Source of the DNA: an uncultured Gemmatimonadales bacterium
Lineage (GTDB): Bacteria; Gemmatimonadota; Gemmatimonadetes; Palauibacterales; Palauibacteraceae
Direction of reading: 5' to 3'
NCBI GenBank assembly: GCA_963783385.1
Contig: CAWANJ010000009.1
Coordinates: 800,001-864,000 of the forward strand
Length of the DNA: 64,000 bases
Program-made: the position numbers and the translations under genes
Shown: in pieces, positions 19,802 through 29,136 of the stretch
How positions within the stretch are numbered: the stretch's first letter is position 1
How the letters are laid out: each line of letters opens with the position of its first letter
Notes under the pieces: model-generated
The model's database searches: none
What the model was told of the DNA's origin: nothing
The model's input: the letters and a program-made list of their open reading frames with translations, nothing else

Positions 19802-20965
19802 TCACAGGTCCGGGTGTCCGCCGTACTGGTGCCAGATCCGGCACGTACCCTCCGTGCTCACCATGCAGGCGCCCACCGGCGCGTCGGGAGCGCATTCTTT
19901 ACCGAACAGGGGGCAGTCCACGGGCGAGGCGATGCCGGCCATGATGTCTCCGCAGATGCACACCTGGGTGAGCTGCGAAGGAGCATAGTCCCACAACCGC
20001 CGCACGTCGATGTCGAAGCGCCGCCTCGCGTCCACGTGCGCGAACTCGTCGCGAAGGCGGAGGTTGCCGTTGGGAACGTGTGCGATGCCGCGCCACCGTC
20101 CGCCCGTGGTCCGGAACACGCGCCACAGCTGGTCCTGGGCGTTTCGGTTCCCCTCGCGGGTCACGCAGCGGGGGAAGGTGTTCACGACCCGGGGCGTGCC
20201 GTCCCGGATGAGCTCGGTGAGCGTCAGGAGCCCCGCCAAAATGTCCAGCGGCTCGAAGCCCGCCACCACCACGGGAAGGCCGTGGCGCTCCACGAAGCGC
20301 TCGAAGATCGCCCAGCCGGTGATCGTGGCGGCGTGGCCGGCGGCCAGGAAGCCCTCGACGCGGGCGCCCGGCATCTCGGCCACGATCTCCATGACCGGCG
20401 GGATGTACTTGTGCGCCGACAGCACCGAGAAGTTCGGGGGCGGGTCCCCCAGGACGACCGCGGCCGTGGCCACGGCCGTCGTCTCGAAGCCGCTGGCGAA
20501 GAACACGACCTCCTCGTCGGTGTCCCGCGCCAGCTCCGCAGCCTGCGTGGCGCTGTACACGACGTCCACATGGGCCCCCCTCGCCTGCGCATCGGAGAGC
20601 GACCCGGCCGAGCCCGGTACCTTGAGCATGTCCCCGTAGGAGGCGATCCTCACGCCGTCCTGCGCGAGGGCGACCGCCTCGTCCACTTCGGGCACGTCGG
20701 TCACGCACACGGGGCAGCCCGGCCCCATGATCACGTCCAGGCTCCGCGGGATCAGTGTCCTCAGGCCGAACTTCGCGATCGACTGCTCGTGGCTCCCGCA
20801 CACGTGCATCACCGAGACGGGCGCCCGGCCCACCTGGCCACACACACGGTCGATGGCGGCGGCCAGCGCCCGGGCCCGACCCGGATCCCGGAAACGAAGC
20901 TCGGCCGCCTCGCCCGCCAGCGCCGTGCCGGCGGCCGGGCTCCCGCCGTCCGACGACGCACTCAC
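19802..20965 (-). CDS. hypD: Hydrogenase maturation protein HypD
   Basis: CGSH, GPGCPVC, GFETT, C-terminal Cys cluster and GACMVS.EGTC. Confidence 0.96.
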   Translation of the reverse strand: MSASSDGGSPAAGTALAGEAAELRFRDPGRARALAAAIDRVCGQVGRAPVSVMHVCGSHEQSIAKFGLRTLIPRSLDVIMGPGCPVCVTDVPEVDEAVALAQDGVRIASYGDMLKVPGSAGSLSDAQARGAHVDVVYSATQAAELARDTDEEVVFFASGFETTAVATAAVVLGDPPPNFSVLSAHKYIPPVMEIVAEMPGARVEGFLAAGHAATITGWAIFERFVERHGLPVVVAGFEPLDILAGLLTLTELIRDGTPRVVNTFPRCVTREGNRNAQDQLWRVFRTTGGRWRGIAHVPNGNLRLRDEFAHVDARRRFDIDVRRLWDYAPSQLTQVCICGDIMAGIASPVDCPLFGKECAPDAPVGACMVSTEGTCRIWHQYGGHPDL

Positions 20966-21282
20966 AATCCCTCCTCCGCGGTCATCGCGCCCCCGAGTCC
21001 CACGCCGCGCCCCCGGGCCGCCTCGATCTCGCCCCGCACGTCGCCGGCCATCATGTCGTCGGCGGCCTCTTCGAGCAGCATCTCGTACAGGGCGAGCGTT
21101 TCGCCGATCTCCTCGGCCGGGATCTTCCGGATCGCGAAGCCCACGTGGTTGAGGATGTAGTCGCCGGGCCCGACCGGCTCGTCGACCACGTCGAGCCGCG
21201 TCTCGCGGTGCACGCCGAAGAAATCCACGATGGCCACCTGGCCATCGACCTCCAGCACCTTTCCGGGCACTCCCAGACACAT
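20962..21282 (-). CDS. hypC: HypC/HybG/HupF hydrogenase chaperone
   Basis: MCLGVPG start; GDYILNHVGFAI. Confidence 0.95.
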   Translation of the reverse strand: MCLGVPGKVLEVDGQVAIVDFFGVHRETRLDVVDEPVGPGDYILNHVGFAIRKIPAEEIGETLALYEMLLEEAADDMMAGDVRGEIEAARGRGVGLGGAMTAEEGL

Positions 21283-21283
21283 G

Positions 21284-23248
21284 TCAGGCCTCCTCGGTTC
21301 GCGCCAGGCGGGCGGCGCCGACCACGGCCTGCCCGTAGCTGATGGCGCCGTCGTTGGGTGGCAACCGTCGCGGTCGCAGCACCCGCACACCCCGGCTCCT
21401 GAGACGCCTGGCCAGCGACACCAGCAGCCGGGCGTTCTGGAACATGTCTCCCGCCAGCGCGACCATCTCGATCCGGTGCTCCGCGCACACCGCGCCCACG
21501 AGGTCGGCCGTGGCCTCGGCGACGCTCTCGTGGAACGCGGCGGCCAGCCGACCGACGTCTTCGCCCCGGCCGCGTCCCCGAGCCAGCGCCTCCAGCAGGG
21601 GTCGGGGATCCAGGGTCCACGGCTCGGCCGTCCGCCTGGAGCGGGGGAACGGAAGGGGCGCCGCCCCGCGATCTCCGGCCAGCGTCTCGAGGAGCAGCGA
21701 GGCCTCGCCCTCGTACCGCTCGAAACGGAGATCGGCCAGGACCGCCGCGGCCGCGCCGAACAGCCCGTCCATGGAGGAGCGGGCGGGGACGCCGAGGTCC
21801 GTCACGTCGAGCGGCCCGGCGTCGGTGACGGGCTCGCAGCGCACGTGCGCGACGCCCTCGAACGAGGTCGGATCCGCCACCAGCACCCTGGCGCCGCGCG
21901 CTCCGTTCTCGTCGGACCCGTGGCCCTCGTAGACCACGCCCACCACCCGTCCCAGGACACCGTGCTCGCCGGCCACGGCGGCCACGTGCGCGTGGTCGTG
22001 GTGCACGGACAGCTCCGTCCGCACCCCCAAACCGCGGGCCAGGCGCCGCGCCAGGCGTCCGGCGTCCGCGTCGTGCACGACGACCTCCGGGGTCACCCCG
22101 TGGAGGCGCTCGAAATGCTCGAGCGTGCTGTGGAAGTGGTCCAACGTCCCCAGCTCCTCCAGGTCTCCGAGTCGCGGGCTGGGGTACGCCAGACCCTGCC
22201 TGGCGAGCGCGAAGGTCGTCTCGAGCCGCGAGCCGAGCGCCAGCAGGGGAACCGGGGTCGCGACGGGGAGCGGCACGGCTTCGGGGACCCAGCCCCGGGC
22301 ACGGCGGAGGAGCACGGCCGAGCCCTCGACCACCCGGGCGACGCTGTCGTCGCACCGGGCCGCGATGTCACGGTCGTGCAGGAGGAAGGCATCGGCCGCG
22401 TGCCCCAGACGCTCGAAGCTCTCGCGAATGCCGGCGACCAGCGGCTCGCCATCCACCCTCCCGCTCGTCAGGACGAGCGGCCGGTCCGTCCGCTGCACCA
22501 GGAGCCGGCGGAGCGCCGTGTCGGCGACCAGGATCCCGACCGTGTCGAGTCCGGGAGCCAGCGACGGCGCGAGCCCCGCATCCCGCCTTCGGCGCAGGAG
22601 GAGCATGGGCCGCCTCGGCGCTTCGAGGTGGCGCGCCTCCTCCTCCGACACGTGCGCCAGCCGGCGCGCCTCCTCCAGGTCGCGGACCATGACGCCGAGC
22701 GGCTTGGCCTCCCGACCGGTGCGCCGCCGGACCCGGGCCACGGCTTCCTCCTGCGTCGCGTCGACGACGAGGTGCACCCCGCCCGAGCCACGGACCGCGA
22801 CGATGTCGCCGTCCAGGAGACGCCGGGCCGCTTCCCCGATCGCCTCGTCCCCCGAAGCCATCTCCACGCCCGAAGGGTCGGCCAGCCAGGCGCGTGGCCC
22901 GCAGGAGGGGCAGGCGTTCGTCTGGGATCCTTCCCGCCGGTCCCCCGGCGTAAGGACCTCGCGCTCGCACTCGGGACACATGTCGAACGCCCGCATGCTC
23001 GTCCGGGCGCGGGCGTAGGGGACGCTCTCGATGATCGAGTAGCGCGGTCCGCACGATGCGCAGGTCGTGAAGGGGTAGCCCGGACGGCGGCTGTCCGGGT
23101 CCTCGATCTCCGCGTTGCAGGTCGGGCACGTCGCCACGTCCGCGGGCACCACCGGCTCCCGGGCGTGGCGGGTCCGGCCGCGCGGAGCGGTACGCGCCCC
23201 TCCTCCGCGGGTGCGGCCGCCCGCCGGGTCCGCCCGGGAGGTGGGCAT
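21284..23248 (-). CDS. hypF: Carbamoyltransferase HypF, divergent and lacking the acylphosphatase domain
   Basis: Two Zn fingers (CPTC/CASC, CPEC/CPSC), RRARGW, HHDHAH, PPNDGAISYGQ; ATG coupled to the hypB stop (TGATG). Confidence 0.85.
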   Translation of the reverse strand: MPTSRADPAGGRTRGGGARTAPRGRTRHAREPVVPADVATCPTCNAEIEDPDSRRPGYPFTTCASCGPRYSIIESVPYARARTSMRAFDMCPECEREVLTPGDRREGSQTNACPSCGPRAWLADPSGVEMASGDEAIGEAARRLLDGDIVAVRGSGGVHLVVDATQEEAVARVRRRTGREAKPLGVMVRDLEEARRLAHVSEEEARHLEAPRRPMLLLRRRRDAGLAPSLAPGLDTVGILVADTALRRLLVQRTDRPLVLTSGRVDGEPLVAGIRESFERLGHAADAFLLHDRDIAARCDDSVARVVEGSAVLLRRARGWVPEAVPLPVATPVPLLALGSRLETTFALARQGLAYPSPRLGDLEELGTLDHFHSTLEHFERLHGVTPEVVVHDADAGRLARRLARGLGVRTELSVHHDHAHVAAVAGEHGVLGRVVGVVYEGHGSDENGARGARVLVADPTSFEGVAHVRCEPVTDAGPLDVTDLGVPARSSMDGLFGAAAAVLADLRFERYEGEASLLLETLAGDRGAAPLPFPRSRRTAEPWTLDPRPLLEALARGRGRGEDVGRLAAAFHESVAEATADLVGAVCAEHRIEMVALAGDMFQNARLLVSLARRLRSRGVRVLRPRRLPPNDGAISYGQAVVGAARLARTEEA

Positions 23249-23919
23249 CAGGTGGCCACCGTCGAGGGGATCCGGGACTCCAGGAAGGAAGTCCACTCCT
23301 CCAGCCCCTCGCCCGTGCGGGCCGAGGTCAGGAAGAAGCGGAGGTCCGGATTCACCGCGCGCGCGAACGCGACGGCGCGGTCCACGTCGAAGTCCAGGTG
23401 AGGCAGCAGGTCGATCTTGTTGAGGACCGCGTAACGGGCCATGCGGAACATCTTCGGATACTTCACGGGCTTGTCCTCGCCCTCGGTCACCGAGAACACC
23501 ACCACCTTGGCGGACTCGCCCAGGTCCCAGCTGGCCGGACACACAAGGTTGCCGACGTTCTCCACGAACAGCAGGTCGGTGTCGTCCAGGTCGATGGCCT
23601 CGAGTGCCGAGGTCACCTGCCGGGCGTCCAGGTGGCACGCGCCGTTGGTCACCACCGCCTGGACCAGCCGGTCCGTGTGGGCCGCCAGGCGATCCGCGTC
23701 GTTCTGTGTCTGTACGTCCCCGGTCACCACCGCGATGCGCAGTCGGTCCCCGAGCCGCTCCAGGGTACGCTCCAGGAGGAGCGTCTTACCCGAGCCCGGA
23801 GAGGAGACGAGGTTGAAGGACGGCACGCCCGCCGCCGCCAGCCGCGCGCGCACGGCGGCCGCCAGCTCATCGTTTCGGGTCATGACCCTCTCACGTACGT
23901 CGATCGTCCGGACCGTCAT
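23248..23919 (-). CDS. hypB: Nickel-insertion GTPase HypB
   Basis: SSPGSGKT, ACHLDA, ENVGNLVCPA, EGEDKP.KYP, NKID. Confidence 0.96.
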   Translation of the reverse strand: MTVRTIDVRERVMTRNDELAAAVRARLAAAGVPSFNLVSSPGSGKTLLLERTLERLGDRLRIAVVTGDVQTQNDADRLAAHTDRLVQAVVTNGACHLDARQVTSALEAIDLDDTDLLFVENVGNLVCPASWDLGESAKVVVFSVTEGEDKPVKYPKMFRMARYAVLNKIDLLPHLDFDVDRAVAFARAVNPDLRFFLTSARTGEGLEEWTSFLESRIPSTVAT

Positions 23920-24160
23920 CCTCCACCTCCAGGTACTTGACCCTGAACACGTCCCCCGGAGCTGGCTCGATGACCGGCCGAGCCGCCCCGAAGGGCGGGC
24001 TCCCGAGGAGCGCCTCCAGGCAGAATTCCAGGTTCGACCGCTCGACGCCGGCGTCATCGCCGACCTCGAGGGCGACCACCCTAACGTCCCCCAGGCGTGC
24101 CGTTCCCACGTGCTCCTCGGTGATCCGGCAGATCTCGAGGGCCAGGCTCATCTCGTGCAC
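23891..24160 (-). CDS. hypA: Nickel metallochaperone HypA, lacking the Zn-finger domain
   Basis: GTG-initiated MHEMSLA; ends GDVFRVKYLEVE; position between hyaD and hypB. Confidence 0.8.
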   Translation of the reverse strand: MHEMSLALEICRITEEHVGTARLGDVRVVALEVGDDAGVERSNLEFCLEALLGSPPFGAARPVIEPAPGDVFRVKYLEVEDDGPDDRRT

Positions 24161-24167
24161 GGGATGG

Positions 24168-24737
24168 TCAGCCCGCGCGCACGCGCTCCGCACGCTCGGG
24201 CGTCCGGTCGTCGGACGTGATCCGCACCGCCCGGTGCCCCCAGGAGCGCAGGGTGGCGACCGCCGCCGCCACGAGGGTGGGAAGGGTGTCCCGCACGATC
24301 GGACTGAGCTCGGGCGCCATCTCGATGCGCTCGGGCTGCAGGCCGATCGCCACGGTGTCGGCCGGGAGGCGACCCCGGAACTCGGCCAGCGCCAGCACCT
24401 CCCGCAGGTCGATCTGGTGGGGGGAGACCTTGGTGAACAGGTACCGCGGCAGCTCCTCGCCCCGGAGGACCACGAGGCTCCCGGCCGGGCGCCCGGCGTG
24501 GATCGCATCCAGGAGGAGCAATCGCTCCGCGTCCTCGATCAGGCCGAGGAGGTTCATGCCCCAGGTGCCGCCGTCCACGAGCTCGACCGGCGGGGAGAAG
24601 CTCCAGCCGGAGCGCAGCGCCTCGAGCGCCTCGAGCCCGACGCCATCGTCCGCCATGAGGGGAGTGCCGAGCCCCAGGACGAGGGTGCCGGAGGGCGCCC
24701 GGGGCGACCGCGCGCCCCGGGCCGCGGACTCACTCAT
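24168..24737 (-). CDS. hyaD: Hydrogenase maturation endopeptidase
   Basis: VLGLGTPLMADDGVG, VDGGT, SPHQ. Confidence 0.92.
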   Translation of the reverse strand: MSESAARGARSPRAPSGTLVLGLGTPLMADDGVGLEALEALRSGWSFSPPVELVDGGTWGMNLLGLIEDAERLLLLDAIHAGRPAGSLVVLRGEELPRYLFTKVSPHQIDLREVLALAEFRGRLPADTVAIGLQPERIEMAPELSPIVRDTLPTLVAAAVATLRSWGHRAVRITSDDRTPERAERVRAG

Positions 24738-25503
24738 CCTCGAACTCCAGGTCCTCGCGGACGAACTTCCCGCCGCTCACGATGGAGGACAGGGAGCCGT
24801 CCAGCTCCGTCACGTCGGCCCGGATGGCCAGGTAGACGTGGATCGGGAAGAAGATGATGAAGAACCAGGTCATGACGTGGTGCCAGAAGCGCACCCCCTG
24901 CACGCCACCCAGCAGGTCGCGCACCCAGCCGAACGCCTCGTAGAAGAAGCCCTCCGGATTGGCGAGCCCGTACAGCGCGAAGCCCGTCACCACCATGAAG
25001 GCTCCCACCAGGTAGACGAGCGTGTAGCTCAGCTGCTGGAGGGGGTTGTGCCCCAGATAGTGCGGGGCGCGCTCGGGCCGGATCATGAGGTACTTCTTGA
25101 CCATGCGCCACAGGTTGCCCACATCCCGGCCACGCAGCGGGAAGAGCGCCGGCAGGCGCTCGAACTTGTTCCCCGCGAACAGCCAGTAGAGCCGGACGAT
25201 GCCGGTGGCCACGAACACGCCCGCCGCCGCGAAGTGCAGGAAGCGCATCCATCCCATGGCGTAGGACGTGGCGTTGCCCGTCCCCCCGGTCATGAAGTAG
25301 GGCCGGCCGATGTAGAAGCCGGTGGCCGCCAGGACGACGATGGCACCGAAGGCCAGCCAGTGCATGGCCCGAATGGGCCAGTGCCACAGGTAGACCCAGC
25401 GGTAGCCGTGGACGGCGGGCCGGGGTCGCTCGCCGAGCGCCGCCCGGTCCCGCGTCTCCCTGGAGACGGCTTCCGCGCCGCCTCCCCCCGGCCCCGCGTT
25501 CAT
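24730..25503 (-). CDS. hyaC: Ni/Fe-hydrogenase b-type cytochrome subunit
   Basis: RAMHW, RFLHF, GHNPLQQ, RFWHH, IHVYLA; ATGA overlap with the large subunit. Confidence 0.93.
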   Translation of the reverse strand: MNAGPGGGGAEAVSRETRDRAALGERPRPAVHGYRWVYLWHWPIRAMHWLAFGAIVVLAATGFYIGRPYFMTGGTGNATSYAMGWMRFLHFAAAGVFVATGIVRLYWLFAGNKFERLPALFPLRGRDVGNLWRMVKKYLMIRPERAPHYLGHNPLQQLSYTLVYLVGAFMVVTGFALYGLANPEGFFYEAFGWVRDLLGGVQGVRFWHHVMTWFFIIFFPIHVYLAIRADVTELDGSLSSIVSGGKFVREDLEFEDE

Positions 25504-27224
25504 CCCTGCACCTTCACGGTGGTGACCAGGTCTCCCTCGGCATCCAGGACGTGCACCCCGCAGGCCATGCAGGGGTCGAAGGAGTGGATGGTCCGCAGGA
25601 TCTCGATGGGCTGGTCCGGTTTGACCAGCGGGTGGTTGTCCACCAGCGAGGCCTCGTAAGGCCCCTTCTGGCCCTTCGCGTCCCGCGGCGAGCAGTTCCA
25701 GGTGCTCGGCACCACGCACTGGTAGCGGGAGATCTGGCCGTTGTGGATCTCGACCCAGTGGCCCAGGGCGCCGCGCGCCGCGTCCAGGTACCCGTAGCCG
25801 CGCGCCGTGGCGGGCCACGTGGACGGATCCCACTTCTGGTCGTTGAAGGTGGCCACGTCGCCGTTCTTGATGCGGGACACGAGGTCCCCGTACCAGTCCT
25901 CCATCTTGCGGGCTATGAGGACAGTCTCGATCGCTCGAGCCGCCGTACGACCCAGGGTCGAGAACAGCGCCGAGGGGCCCACCTGGAGCTTGCCCAGGGC
26001 TTCTCCGACCAGGCCCTTCACGCCCTCGTGGCCGGCCGCGTACGCCACCAGCATCCGCGCCAGCGGGCCCACCTCCATGGGCTTCCCGTCGTAGCGCGGG
26101 GCCTTCATCCAGGTGTACTTCTCCTGGTCCTGGATGAATGTCCAGGGGGGCTTGGGACCGGTGTAGTTGGGCACGGTCTGCCCTTCGTACGGATGGAGAC
26201 CCTCCTCCGGCGCGCCCTGGTACTCGTACCAGGAGTGCATGACCTCCTCGCGCACCTTGGCCTCGTCGTAGGGGACCACCTTCGTCAGGTCGTTGTCGAG
26301 GATGATCCCGCGCGGGAAGTAGAGGTGCTCGATGTCCCGGAAGTCGCTCCCCGCGGCCGGGAACATTCCCACCGCCAGGTAGTTGGGGACGCCGCCGCCG
26401 ATCGACGCCCAGTCCTTGTAGAAGCCGGCGATGGCCAGGAGGTCCGGCCAGTACACCTGCTCCACGAACACGCGGGCCTTGTCGATCAGCGCCTTGATGT
26501 CGCTCAGTCGCTCGGCGTTGATCGTCCCGGTGTCGTTCACGTTGATGGCCGACGCCATCCCGCCCACCAGGAAGTTGGGGTGCGGGTTCTTGCCGCCGAA
26601 GATCGTGTGCAGCCTGATCACGTCGCGCTGCCAGTCCAGCGCCTCCAGGTAGTGCGACACGGCGATCAGGTTCACCTCGGGCGGCAGCTTGTAGGCCGGG
26701 TGGCCCCAGTAGCCATTGGTGAAGATCCCGAGCTGCCCGGAGCTCACGAACTTCTGGAGCTTCTCCTGGACGGCCTTGAAGTAGGCCCCCGAGTTGTTGG
26801 GCCACGGGGACAGGCTGCGGGCGATCTGCCCGGCCCTGTCGGGATCGGCCTTCAGCGCGCTCACCACGTCGACCCAGTCGAGCGCGTGCAGGTGGTAGAA
26901 GTGGATGACGTGGTCCTGCACGGTCTGCATGCCGTGCACGAGGTTGCGGATGATCGTGGCGTTGGGCGGGATCGTGATGTCGAGCGCGTCCTCGACGGCC
27001 CGGCACGACGCGATGGCGTGCACCACGGTGCACACGCCGCAGATCCGCTGGGTGAAGGCCCAGGCATCGCGCGGATCGCGCCCGTTCATGATGATCTCGA
27101 TCCCGCGGAACTGCGTGGAGGATGCCCACGCGTCCGCGATCTTGCCGTTCTCGGCCTGCACCTCGATGCGCAGGTGGCCCTCGATCCGCGTGATCGGGTC
27201 GACGACGACCTTAGTCCTGGCCAT
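25500..27224 (-). CDS. hyaB: Group 1 [NiFe]-hydrogenase large subunit
   Basis: DPITRIEGH; L1 QRICGVCTVVH; L2 SFDPCMACGVH plus cleavable tail. Confidence 0.97.
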   Translation of the reverse strand: MARTKVVVDPITRIEGHLRIEVQAENGKIADAWASSTQFRGIEIIMNGRDPRDAWAFTQRICGVCTVVHAIASCRAVEDALDITIPPNATIIRNLVHGMQTVQDHVIHFYHLHALDWVDVVSALKADPDRAGQIARSLSPWPNNSGAYFKAVQEKLQKFVSSGQLGIFTNGYWGHPAYKLPPEVNLIAVSHYLEALDWQRDVIRLHTIFGGKNPHPNFLVGGMASAINVNDTGTINAERLSDIKALIDKARVFVEQVYWPDLLAIAGFYKDWASIGGGVPNYLAVGMFPAAGSDFRDIEHLYFPRGIILDNDLTKVVPYDEAKVREEVMHSWYEYQGAPEEGLHPYEGQTVPNYTGPKPPWTFIQDQEKYTWMKAPRYDGKPMEVGPLARMLVAYAAGHEGVKGLVGEALGKLQVGPSALFSTLGRTAARAIETVLIARKMEDWYGDLVSRIKNGDVATFNDQKWDPSTWPATARGYGYLDAARGALGHWVEIHNGQISRYQCVVPSTWNCSPRDAKGQKGPYEASLVDNHPLVKPDQPIEILRTIHSFDPCMACGVHVLDAEGDLVTTVKVQG

Positions 27225-28383
27225 GACGATCCTCCTCGTGGCTGGCAGAACCGCCGTCCGGCTCGCCGCCGCCCGAACCCGACGCGCCCTCCGTCCGATG
27301 CCGCATCCGGTTCACACCCGTAACGACCGCGTGCGCCGCCACGCCGGCCGTGGCCCCGACCGCGAGAGCGGCGCCGATCGTGTCGGCCGTGCTCTCGATG
27401 CCGAAGCCCGAGACCTTGGGCATCCGCTGGTAGAAGGGGGTCATGGTGTCCCAGAACATCCGCTCGGTGCAGCCCAGGCAGGGGTGCCCCGCCCCGATCG
27501 GCCAGCTCGTCTCGCCGTTCCACTGGAAGATCGGGCACGGTGAGAAGGTCGCCGGTCCCTTGCAGCCTACCTCGTACAGGCACCATGCCTTGCGCGCGGC
27601 CTCGTCGTCGAACGTCTTGACGAACTGGCCGGCGTCGAAGTTGGCGCGACGCGAGCACTGGTCGTGGATCCTGGCGCCGTAGGCGAACAGGGGCCGGTGG
27701 TCGTAGTCGACGTCCGGCAGCCGCCCGAAGGTCAGGTAGTGGACGACGGTGGCGGTGATCGTGTCGGCGATCGGTGGGCAGCCGGCGATGTTCACGACCG
27801 GCTTGTCCTTGACGATCTGGTCGACGCCCACCGCCCGGGTCGGGTTCGGGGCCGCGGCCTGTACGCTCCCGAAGTGCGCGCACGCCCCGACGGCCAGTAC
27901 GGCGGCGGCGCCGGCGGCGCCCTCCTCCAGGATGTCGCGCGCCGTGCGGCCGCCGATCATGGTGTAAATGCCGTCCTCGGCCAGGGGCACGGAGCCCGTC
28001 ACGATGAGCACGTACTCGCCGTGGTGGTCCTTCATCGCCTGCTGCAGCGCGCTCTCGGCCGCCGAGCCCGCCGCCGCCTGGAGGTTCTCCTGGTAGTCCA
28101 GGGAGATGAGGTCGAGGACGAGATCGCCGATCGTCGGATGGGACGTGCGGAGCGTGGACTCGGTGCACCCCGTGCACTCCTGCAGGGAGAGCCAGATCAC
28201 GCTCGGCCGCTGGAGCTGCTCCAGGGCCCTGGCGATCTTCGGCGTGAGCAGGCTGCTCAGGCCGAGCATGGCGCCCATCTCGCCGCAGAACTGGAGGAAG
28301 TCTCGGCGGCTGACGCCACGGCTGTGGAGATGCTCGCCGAGGGTCGCGCCGGGCTCCCAGGGATCGGTCAACGGAAAGTACAT
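27211..28383 (-). CDS. hyaA: Group 1 [NiFe]-hydrogenase small subunit (Tat-exported, membrane-anchored)
   Basis: SRRDFL Tat motif; ECTGC, GCPP, HDQC, GCKGP, GHPCLGC; C-terminal TM helix. Confidence 0.97.
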   Translation of the reverse strand: MYFPLTDPWEPGATLGEHLHSRGVSRRDFLQFCGEMGAMLGLSSLLTPKIARALEQLQRPSVIWLSLQECTGCTESTLRTSHPTIGDLVLDLISLDYQENLQAAAGSAAESALQQAMKDHHGEYVLIVTGSVPLAEDGIYTMIGGRTARDILEEGAAGAAAVLAVGACAHFGSVQAAAPNPTRAVGVDQIVKDKPVVNIAGCPPIADTITATVVHYLTFGRLPDVDYDHRPLFAYGARIHDQCSRRANFDAGQFVKTFDDEAARKAWCLYEVGCKGPATFSPCPIFQWNGETSWPIGAGHPCLGCTERMFWDTMTPFYQRMPKVSGFGIESTADTIGAALAVGATAGVAAHAVVTGVNRMRHRTEGASGSGGGEPDGGSASHEEDRHGQD

Positions 28384-28581
28384 CGACCACCTCCCGGATC
28401 GTGAGCAGCCGCCGCGCCCGCTCGATCCGTCACGGATCGTGGACTCGGTCGGCTCGGAAGTACGGGCCGGTCGCGCACGCCGGCCCGCTTGTCGGGCTTG
28501 CTCATCATGCTACTCGGCCGCCAGGGAGCCGTCTGTCGGGAGGAGCGTGGCCCTTCCTGTAAGTGAGGCGTGCGCAGCCGT

Positions 28582-28598
28582 GTGGGGAGATCCCCCAC
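28582..28598. promoter_or_regulatory. Palindromic operator candidate GTGGGG-AGATC-CCCCAC
   Basis: Perfect 6-5-6 inverted repeat in the hyaA/ATPase divergent region; same consensus at 42018, 42139 and 63277. Confidence 0.55.
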
Positions 28599-28755
28599 CG
28601 CGGGCCGGACCGCCGGGCGGCGGGATGTCACCACACGCCAGAGCGTGCAACTCCCGACAGACGGCCGGTCTGGCCCTGCGTATTGGTTCAGGTGCCGCGA
28701 GCCGCCCCCGGCTCGCGGCGAGCCTTCCGTGCCGTGCCCCAGCCGAGGACGGACC

Positions 28756-29136
28756 GTGAGCGCACTCGAAGTGTCCGGCGATGCCACGTCCGTAAGGGAG
28801 ACTCCGCCCGCGGGAGCCCTGCAGCGCCTGCTGGAGGTCGAGCAGGAGGCGGAGGAGGCCCTCGTCCGGGCTCAGACCCAGGCGCGGGAGCTGGTGGCAG
28901 CGGCACGCGAACGAGCGCTCGCCTCGGAGGAGGAGGCGCGCCACGACGTGGCTCGCGCCGGCCAGCGGATCGAGCGGGAGATCCACGCCTGGCGTGACGA
29001 GCGACTGGCGGCCCTGCAGGCCCAATCGGAGGGCGCGGCGCGCGCCTACGAAGAGGCCGCCTCCGCGCGTATCGGAGAGCTCGCGCGCGTCGTGGTCGAC
29101 GAGATCCTCGCCTTCGACGAGGCCGGCCGGCCATGA
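28756..29136 (+). CDS. A/V-type ATP synthase peripheral stalk subunit H/G
   Basis: Coiled-coil EQEAEE..AR; first gene of the ATPase operon; ATGA overlap with subunit I. Confidence 0.7.
   Translation: MSALEVSGDATSVRETPPAGALQRLLEVEQEAEEALVRAQTQARELVAAARERALASEEEARHDVARAGQRIEREIHAWRDERLAALQAQSEGAARAYEEAASARIGELARVVVDEILAFDEAGRP

Noticed and set aside
25500-27224. [NiFeSe] hydrogenase or selenocysteine recoding
   Set aside because: L2 motif is DPCMAC with ordinary Cys codons and no in-frame TGA
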